Assembly: GCA_023428915.1 (NCBI GenBank) | Contig: JAEYWL010000058.1 | Coordinates: 1 to 62,758, forward strand | DNA from: Verrucomicrobiota bacterium | GTDB taxonomy: Bacteria > Chlamydiota > Chlamydiia > Chlamydiales > JAEYWL01 | DNA length: 62,758 nucleotides | Direction: 5' to 3' | In this document: positions 46,890 through 53,454 of the stretch, piece by piece | Numbering within the stretch: position 1 is the stretch's first letter | Layout of the letters: each line of letters begins with the position of its first letter | Notes under the pieces: model-generated | Told to the model about the DNA's origin: nothing | Seen by the model: only the letters and a program-made list of their open reading frames with translations | Databases searched by the model: none | Position numbers and translations under genes: made by a program

Positions 46890-47977
46890 ATATCCTCCAT
46901 ACAGAAGCCTCTATAGGCTGGGGCGGTCAAGAAATACGCATTTTAGCTGAAGCCATTGGCATGCATCAGCGAGGGCACACTTTGCTATTTGCTGTAGCTC
47001 AGGGTGCAAAACTGGCGGGCAAGGCCCGGGATGCAGGTTTTATTGTTTATGAGCTGCCGCTGCAAATCCGCCATGCGCCTTCGGCTATTTGGCAGCTTTG
47101 CAAAATTATTAAAGAACACCACATCGACCTGATAAATACGCACTCTTCAGCCGATGCTTGGCTGGGCGGGATTTCAGGGCGTTTAATGGGCCGTAAAGTA
47201 GTGCGTACGCGCCATTTATCGACTCCCTCAAAGCCTGGCCTGAATAGCCGCTTGCTTTACCATTACCTGGCCGATATGACGGTCACTACCTGTAAGTCTA
47301 TTGCGGAAACTATTCGGAAGGAAGCGCAGATTCCGGCAGAGCAGTGCATTTCCATTCCAACGGGCATAGATCCGGTTAAAATACGTTCTGATGCCAGTTT
47401 AGAAACAGCATTGCGGCAGCAATATGGCTTGCAGCCTTCTGATTTTGTTATCGGCACCGTCTGCATGCTGCGTTCCTGGAAAGGGGTCATGGATCTTTTG
47501 TTAGCTGCAAAACAACTGGAAAAAGAACCAGCCTTAAAATGGCTGGTAATTGGCGCTGGCCCCTATCAGGAGGTATTGCTTAAAAAGCGGGAGGAGCTGG
47601 GCCTGGCTGATAAAGTTATTTTTACCGGGCATATGGCAAATCCCTATCCGGCCATGGCCTTGATGAATGTATTTATGCTGCTAAGTACGGCTAATGAAGG
47701 CGTCAGCCAGGCCAGCCTGCAAGCGGCTTTTTTAAAAAAACCGCTCATTACAACGACGGTCGGGGGATTGCCGGAGGTGTGTCTGGACACTAAAACGGGC
47801 TTCACTGTGCCGGTCAATGCTCCGGAAGAAGTTGCCGAACGGGTTAGGCGCTATTTGCTGATGCCGCAATTGCTCAAGATTCATGGAGAGGCCGCCCATA
47901 AATTGGCCCTGCAGTCATTTACCTTTGAGCAAACCTTAAATGGCATGGAAGCCGTTTACCAAAAGCTCCAAAAGTAA
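46886..47977 (+). CDS. Glycosyltransferase family 4 (GT-B, group 1)
   Basis: 363 aa. GTG start overlaps the mutY stop (GTGA). GWGGQEIR N-terminus and C-terminal EGVSQASLQAAFLKKPLITTTVGGLPE (EX7E-type region). Confidence 0.8.
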   Translation: MNILHTEASIGWGGQEIRILAEAIGMHQRGHTLLFAVAQGAKLAGKARDAGFIVYELPLQIRHAPSAIWQLCKIIKEHHIDLINTHSSADAWLGGISGRLMGRKVVRTRHLSTPSKPGLNSRLLYHYLADMTVTTCKSIAETIRKEAQIPAEQCISIPTGIDPVKIRSDASLETALRQQYGLQPSDFVIGTVCMLRSWKGVMDLLLAAKQLEKEPALKWLVIGAGPYQEVLLKKREELGLADKVIFTGHMANPYPAMALMNVFMLLSTANEGVSQASLQAAFLKKPLITTTVGGLPEVCLDTKTGFTVPVNAPEEVAERVRRYLLMPQLLKIHGEAAHKLALQSFTFEQTLNGMEAVYQKLQK

Positions 47978-48017
47978 ATCCTGTCCATGTGCTCATCTTA
48001 TTACCCATAACTTTATA

Positions 48018-48110
48018 TTTTAAACGCAAAGGTGCAAAGAAAGGGCAATGTGAAAAAATCCTAAAATTATAGGTTGGAATCTTTGCGCCTTTGCGAACTT
48101 TGCGTTTAAA
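48018..48110. repeat. Inverted repeat with an internal triple direct repeat
   Basis: 48018-48038 tttaaacgcaaaggtgcaaag versus 48081-48110 ctttgcgcctttgcgaactttgcgtttaaa. The right arm carries three copies of ctttgcg. Confidence 0.7.
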
Positions 48111-48150
48111 TTGTAAAAAATATGTTGATAAATTGAATGCGCATAGGAAT

Positions 48151-48192
48151 AAAAAAGGGTAGGGCAGCGTGGATGCTGCCCTACCCTTTTTT
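48151..48192. terminator. Bidirectional rho-independent terminator
   Basis: aaaaaagggtagggcagc-gtggat-gctgccctaccctttttt: a perfect 12-bp GC-rich stem flanked by A6 and T6, between convergent genes ending at 47977 (+) and 48208 (-). Confidence 0.9.
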
Positions 48193-48207
48193 ATTCGCTT
48201 TTATGGT

Positions 48208-49455
48208 TTAGGATTGTCTAAGAAAAGAGGGAAAGAAGAATGGGGCTCCATTCCTGCCGTCGTTCTGGAGGACATTCCAGGCGCGTTGAACGCCTTTTTT
48301 GACATTATGCAGTTTTTCGCCTGCAATTTCTACGGCAGCATTCACGCCCTCTTTTGCTTTTTCACCAAGGGTTTTAGCAGCTTCTTTGGCCTCTTCTGCT
48401 CGTCTGGCTTTGATGCCGCGGATAGCAGCATCGGAAACCTCTTGAGAATACATGCCGCTCAAGTGTCCTAGGTGAGGGAAGAAGGCATATTTATGATTTT
48501 TACCTTCATAGTGGGAACGGCTAGCGGGTACGATTAAGTCGGCGCCGAAGCCAAAGTGGTTAAACTGTATCTTGTCTAACTTTTTGCATCTTTCTTCTAA
48601 GTCCACTGGAAACTGGCTGCGGCTGCGCATTTGGTCGGCGCATGGGCAAAAACGCGCCAATTCGGCCATCGGCGTGCCTTTAATCGGACCGCCCAAAGTG
48701 GTAATAGAGCTGATTCTAATGCCTTTTTTAGGGTTTTCTTGCAATTTTGCAGCATAATCGATTGAAACCAATGAACCCATCGAGTGAGCCACTAAATCTA
48801 TTTCTAGTTCAGCGCCGCCTGCTAATTTTTTTATTTCATCGACTTTCTTAGCCAAAACTTTTTCAAAGTCCTCTATAGAATGAAGCGGATGCCCCAAATT
48901 TACAGTAAATACCGGCCCCATGTCATTAGCCTTAAAAGTATGCTTCATGTATTCCCAGCCGGACTTATTATGCAAGAAGCCGTGCACCATAATCGTTACG
49001 CGTTGTTTGCCATTCACTGGAGGCGGCAGCTCTTTTGGGTCCAGATCAATTGCGGCGCTTGGATAGAGAAGAGCGCTGGCAGCAACTGCCACTAATTCCA
49101 CCGCTGAGCCCCAAAGATAGTGGGCGGCTGAACGCAGAGGTTCAGGAAGAAGCGGGATAAGTTCAGGTATTGTTACTTTGAGCATGAGTGCTGTCAGGGC
49201 TACGCCTGCCACTGCAAATACCAGCACAGAAACCGGATTAGGAGCAAAAACGAAACTGGCAGCTGCTCCAATCATGGCTGCGCCTAAGGCAGCAAATAGA
49301 AATGCGTGCATAAATCTTGAGGTTTTATCTACAGTAGATTCTTTAACTTCAATCTCCGGGTGAAAATCTTTTGGATCGGTACTTACTTGGTGTTTTTGAT
49401 TTTCAATATCCATTGATTTTCTATCTATTGGTGATGACATATTTAATATCTCCAT
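48208..49455 (-). CDS. Alpha/beta-hydrolase (lipase/esterase, PGAP1/DUF676-like) with an N-terminal bilobed hydrophobic, Inc-like domain
   Basis: 415 aa. Residues ~47-93 are FMHAFLFAALGAAMIGAAASFVFAPNPVSVLVFAVAGVALTALMLKV (two TM lobes with a short loop). Hydrolase motifs VTIMVHGFLHNKSGW, nucleophile elbow VAHSMGS and TLGGPIKGTP. Confidence 0.7.
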   Translation of the reverse strand: MEILNMSSPIDRKSMDIENQKHQVSTDPKDFHPEIEVKESTVDKTSRFMHAFLFAALGAAMIGAAASFVFAPNPVSVLVFAVAGVALTALMLKVTIPELIPLLPEPLRSAAHYLWGSAVELVAVAASALLYPSAAIDLDPKELPPPVNGKQRVTIMVHGFLHNKSGWEYMKHTFKANDMGPVFTVNLGHPLHSIEDFEKVLAKKVDEIKKLAGGAELEIDLVAHSMGSLVSIDYAAKLQENPKKGIRISSITTLGGPIKGTPMAELARFCPCADQMRSRSQFPVDLEERCKKLDKIQFNHFGFGADLIVPASRSHYEGKNHKYAFFPHLGHLSGMYSQEVSDAAIRGIKARRAEEAKEAAKTLGEKAKEGVNAAVEIAGEKLHNVKKGVQRAWNVLQNDGRNGAPFFFPSFLRQS

Positions 49456-49530
49456 TTACTAATTTATAATTTAATTATAGATGGTTGATATTAAACTTTT
49501 GTTAAACTAATTTATTTATTTAGTAAATAT

Positions 49531-50277
49531 TTAATTTTGTTTGTTTTTGTTTTTTTCAGCTAGCTTTAAATACTTATAAAAAGCAGTGTTGGCATTATAA
49601 ACGGCTATAGTAAATCCTTCTGCACCTCCAAGAAAACCTTTTTTAAGAAGGTAGGATTTAAAAAAAGCATAAAGCGCGTGTTTAATTGCCTTGCCGGTAG
49701 AGGAGCTTTTCTTACCTTTATTTTGTTCAGCGAAGAGTTCTGTATATTTTTGCATTTTCTGCAGAAAGTCAGCAGTTGAAGAGTAGGGATAATGTATCAG
49801 AGCATTTTGCAGGGGGGTGCGCTGCATATCCGCGAGCATAATGGATTCATGCACCTGGGCATCATCAAACTGCGTGCGGTGCCGATTATATAATCTGTAT
49901 TGCCGGTCCGGATACCAGCCGCACCACTTAATCCATTTGCCATTATAATAATTATTGCGTCTTATGGAATACACCTTAGAAGGGTCAAGTTTCAGCCCTA
50001 GAATTTCCTGCTGCAACTCGGGAGTGACAATTTCATCGCTATCTATGGAGAGAATCCAGTCGTGTTTAGCAGCAGCAGAAGCTTTGTTGTGGGTTGGCCC
50101 GAACCCCTCCAATATGCCTTCCCTTATGGTGACATTAGGGAATTTTTTGGCAATAAGCAGGGTATTATCTGTTGAACCGGTATCATAAATGAGGACTTCA
50201 TCAAAAGATACTAGAGCAGCTAGCACCTGTTCTAAATAATTTGCGCTATTTTTTGTTAAAATTGTTACACTGATCAT
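49531..50277 (-). CDS. Glycosyltransferase family 2 (GT-A; LPS-core type)
   Basis: 248 aa. ISVTILTKNSANYLEQVL, YDTGSTDNT and DxD-like SIDSDE. Confidence 0.8.
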   Translation of the reverse strand: MISVTILTKNSANYLEQVLAALVSFDEVLIYDTGSTDNTLLIAKKFPNVTIREGILEGFGPTHNKASAAAKHDWILSIDSDEIVTPELQQEILGLKLDPSKVYSIRRNNYYNGKWIKWCGWYPDRQYRLYNRHRTQFDDAQVHESIMLADMQRTPLQNALIHYPYSSTADFLQKMQKYTELFAEQNKGKKSSSTGKAIKHALYAFFKSYLLKKGFLGGAEGFTIAVYNANTAFYKYLKLAEKNKNKQN

Positions 50278-50326
50278 AATCTATCAGAATTATCCTGGAT
50301 TCTTTAATTAAGCTAAAGAGGAAAGC

Positions 50327-51343
50327 ATGGACAGGTTAGAAGCGGAGAGAGAAAATTTAGTGGCGCCTTATCTGGTAAGACGGCCGCGGCGCAACCGTAA
50401 AAGCGAGGCTATTCGTTCGCTAGTACGGGAAACCCGGCTCGATCCGCGGCAATTCGTGCTTCCACTTTATATTATTGAAGGCGAAAAAATCCGGCAGGAG
50501 ATTGCCAGCATGCCGGGAGTCTTTCGCTATTCGCTTGATTTAGCCATTGAAGTTATTAAAGAAGCTATAGATCAAGGAATACAAGCTATCGATCTTTTTT
50601 GCTACATTCCACGCGAAAAAAGGGATAGCTGGGGGAGCGAGGGTGTAAGAAGAGGCAATCTGCTGGGGAAAGGGATTGAACGCATCAAAAAAGAATTTCC
50701 GCAATTATGTGTAATGGCTGATATTGCATTCGATCCGTATACAGACCATGGGCATGATGGGGTATTGAACCGCCATAACAGTGTCGACAATGATGCCACT
50801 TTGGCTATGCTGGCAGAAATGTCTTTACTGGCAGCCCATGCTGGGGCTGATGTAGTGGCGCCAAGCGATATGATGGACGGCCGGGTAGCGCACATTAGAC
50901 AGACTTTAGATGAAAATGGCTTTCCAAATGTAAGCATCCTTTCTTACTCTGCAAAATTTACTTCGGCGTTTTATCGCCCTTTTCGCGAAGCGCTCGATTC
51001 TGCGCCGCGCATAGGCGATAAAAAAGATTACCAGCTAAGCCCTGCTAACATTCGAGAGGCACTGCTTGAATGCGCCTTGGATGAAGCAGAGGGGGCTGAC
51101 ATCCTCCTCATAAAACCTGCGCTGGCCTACTTAGATATAATTGCCAAGGTGCGCGCAACAACTAATCTTCCCATTGCCGCTTTCCATGTCAGCGGGGAAT
51201 ATTCGATGATTATGGCCGCTGCGGAAAAAGGGTGGCTCGATGCCGACCAGGCATTTTTGGAGTGCCTGCTCTCTATCAAACGCGCAGGCGCCGACTTCAT
51301 TCTTACCTATGCTGCAACCAGAGTTGCCAAGCTGTTATATTAA
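50327..51343 (+). CDS. hemB: Porphobilinogen synthase (delta-aminolevulinic acid dehydratase) HemB
   Basis: 338 aa. RRPRRNR, active-site lysines in SYSAKFTSAFYRPFR and ILLIKPALAYLD. The metal-site region reads DIAFDPYTDHGHDG, i.e. Asp-rich rather than Cys-rich. Confidence 0.92.
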   Translation: MDRLEAERENLVAPYLVRRPRRNRKSEAIRSLVRETRLDPRQFVLPLYIIEGEKIRQEIASMPGVFRYSLDLAIEVIKEAIDQGIQAIDLFCYIPREKRDSWGSEGVRRGNLLGKGIERIKKEFPQLCVMADIAFDPYTDHGHDGVLNRHNSVDNDATLAMLAEMSLLAAHAGADVVAPSDMMDGRVAHIRQTLDENGFPNVSILSYSAKFTSAFYRPFREALDSAPRIGDKKDYQLSPANIREALLECALDEAEGADILLIKPALAYLDIIAKVRATTNLPIAAFHVSGEYSMIMAAAEKGWLDADQAFLECLLSIKRAGADFILTYAATRVAKLLY

Positions 51344-51396
51344 AACCATTGTAAAAAAGTATTTTGTCAGCTAATTAGGTCATAACTTCATTTATA

Positions 51397-52389
51397 ATGA
51401 ATAACTGGATCGATCATTTCATCATCGGTCTAAAGGACTGTATGCGGCGCATTTTTTTTAGTTTACTATTATTGACAGATGCAAACTTATTTTCAGAAAA
51501 TTTTTGGGAAGTCTATACAGAAATAGGAGCGCATGTTGAAAATTACCGCTATTCAGCACCTTTTCTTTTCTACAATACCTTTCAAGATATAAAGTGGAAA
51601 GCTGCTGCCTTAGATAGCTGCATTGGATTAAAGGTTGCCCCGCAGGAAGGGCGCCTTGCACACATGGTCTTTCAAATTGAAGGCGGCGGCATCCTATATG
51701 GCAAAGGCTATGATTTTAAGGGTAATATCCAGGAGAATGCTTTCAGTGTATTTACTAATGAAAAATCTCATAATTCAAAAATTTACGGTGAATATTTTGA
51801 AACAAGCCTCGGGTATGAATACTTAGTTTGTTCCGCGTTTTCCATCACTGCCAAGGCAGGCTACCTTTTACAAAACCGTCGTTTTCATAATAGCCGGTCC
51901 ATTTTTACAAGCCCTGAAGACTCTCTTAACTACACTATAGAGAATTTCAGGGACAACAAACTTTATCAAGATGGATGGATAGGAATTCAATCGAAATATT
52001 ATTTTATGCCCTGCATGCTTATGAAAGCAGACTTAGAATATCATTGCGGATATGTGAAAGGCGATACCAAATGGAATTCAGAGCAGTCATCTACAGATGG
52101 TTTTTCAGCATTAGCCGCAGGAAAAGTAAATACAAAAAAGAGCGTTTACGAAGGCTTAAAAGTAAAATTAGGTTGGGAATACGATTTATGGGAAGGGTGC
52201 ATCATAGGCTTAAATGGTTATTACCAGTATTATATCAGTAAACACTCAAATGATTCGCTTCAAATTTCGCAAACCCTCATCAATAACTCAGGCACAATAA
52301 TAGGGCAATCCAGCAATTCCAGCCCATTGACCGGTAAAATCGATTGGCAAATGTACTCAGTTTCTGCAACTTTCGGCATCTATTTTTAG
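51397..52389 (+). CDS. Putative outer-membrane beta-barrel protein
   Basis: 330 aa (possible start at the internal MRRIFFSLLLL). Alternating hydrophobic strands (LKVKLGWEYDLW, IIGLNGYYQYYIS) and a C-terminal SVSATFGIYF ending in Phe, the classical OMP beta-signal. Confidence 0.55.
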   Translation: MNNWIDHFIIGLKDCMRRIFFSLLLLTDANLFSENFWEVYTEIGAHVENYRYSAPFLFYNTFQDIKWKAAALDSCIGLKVAPQEGRLAHMVFQIEGGGILYGKGYDFKGNIQENAFSVFTNEKSHNSKIYGEYFETSLGYEYLVCSAFSITAKAGYLLQNRRFHNSRSIFTSPEDSLNYTIENFRDNKLYQDGWIGIQSKYYFMPCMLMKADLEYHCGYVKGDTKWNSEQSSTDGFSALAAGKVNTKKSVYEGLKVKLGWEYDLWEGCIIGLNGYYQYYISKHSNDSLQISQTLINNSGTIIGQSSNSSPLTGKIDWQMYSVSATFGIYF

Positions 52390-52396
52390 GAAAAAT

Positions 52397-53242
52397 ATGA
52401 ATTATAAGGATAAAATTGCTGCGCTGATACTTTCTTTTTTACTATTTGTAAGCTTTGAACTATCTGCCAACCAAGGAAAGATCGCTTTACTCTTTTTAAC
52501 CAGGTCAGATCTCAATCACCCTAAACTTTGGCAACAGCAAATAGAAAAATCTAAGGATCTCTACAATGTCTATATACATTCAGTCAAACCTTTATCTGAC
52601 CCGTATTTTGCAGGCAGCCGTATTTCTAAAATTGTTCCCACCTCTTGGAGTATTCATGTCAAGGCTTGGCAGGTGTTAATTCAAGAAGCTATAAAAAATC
52701 CTGAAAATGAAAAATTTGTATTTTTATCCGAGGCTTGCATTCCTTTGTATAGTTTGGATAAAATCTACGCTATTTTAATATCCGATCCTCGTACACACAT
52801 GGCTTTTTCAAAACCATGGTGGCCGTCTAGCAATCCAAGGGAAATCACTGAATTATTTCCACAATATCGTTTTGGCAATGCAGAATGGATGGTATTGAAT
52901 AGGCGCCATGCAGAAATTATTGCCCAAGATGAGGCTATTATACGTGTAGTTGCCCGGCATCCAAACGATCAAGAATCCTATTTCGCCAGCCTTTTTGCAG
53001 TTCATAATTGTCTTCCTGAAGTGGCAAACCATTCCTTTACTTACGTAAATTGGCGCGATGCGATCAATGGCGGGGCCAGCCCTTGGCATTTTTTTGAAAC
53101 ATCAAATTTTAACGAGAATTTACTTGGCCAGGCATACTCAAGCGGCGCTATTTTTGCCCGCAAATTTACAACAACATATCCCGAAGATGTGCTAATTGAT
53201 ATGATTGAAAACCAAACATTGCATTACGGCGGCCCTTACTAA
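52397..53242 (+). CDS. GT14-family (Core-2/I-branching enzyme, 'Branch' domain) glycosyltransferase, eukaryote/plant-DUF266-like
   Basis: 281 aa. N-terminal anchor or signal IAALILSFLLFVSF. Motifs IALLFLTRS, YNVYIHS, KFVFLSEACIPL, NAEWMVLNRRHAEII, DQESYFASLF and IFARKF match the Branch-domain pattern. Starts 8 nt after the OMP gene. Confidence 0.7.
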   Translation: MNYKDKIAALILSFLLFVSFELSANQGKIALLFLTRSDLNHPKLWQQQIEKSKDLYNVYIHSVKPLSDPYFAGSRISKIVPTSWSIHVKAWQVLIQEAIKNPENEKFVFLSEACIPLYSLDKIYAILISDPRTHMAFSKPWWPSSNPREITELFPQYRFGNAEWMVLNRRHAEIIAQDEAIIRVVARHPNDQESYFASLFAVHNCLPEVANHSFTYVNWRDAINGGASPWHFFETSNFNENLLGQAYSSGAIFARKFTTTYPEDVLIDMIENQTLHYGGPY

Positions 53243-53314
53243 AAAACAAGTCGTGAATGTGGCGTAGCAAGTAGCTGTAAGTATTAACCCAATGTCATCA
53301 ACTTAAGAAAATCG

Positions 53315-53441
53315 ATTTGGAGTGCGGTGACTCGTCACCGCTTTAGTCGTGTTTGACTTGTCAAACACTTCAGAATAGGGATTTAACAGGGTTTTTTTTA
53401 TGTTCGACAAGCCGCAGCACTCCAAATATGTAAGAACATAT
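53315..53441. repeat. Composite palindromic intergenic element between convergent genes
   Basis: Outer inverted repeat atttggagtgc (53315-53325) / gcactccaaat (53417-53427). Inner hairpins gcggtgac-tc-gtcaccgc (53324-53341) and gtgtttgac-tt-gtcaaacac (53349-53368). T8 lies at 53392-53399, and aatatgt-aaga-acatatt at 53424-53441. Confidence 0.75.
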
Positions 53442-53454
53442 TCTAAAACTTAGG

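Noticed and set aside
48081-48110. Direct repeats (three copies of ctttgcg) considered as a mini CRISPR or iteron array
   Set aside because: The units are 7 nt with 1-2-nt spacers, far too short for CRISPR, and there are no cas genes. It is retained only as part of an inverted-repeat finding.
48169-48471. 100-aa plus-strand ORF
   Set aside because: It starts inside the bidirectional terminator hairpin and runs antisense to the lipase C-terminus, so it is not credible as a gene.
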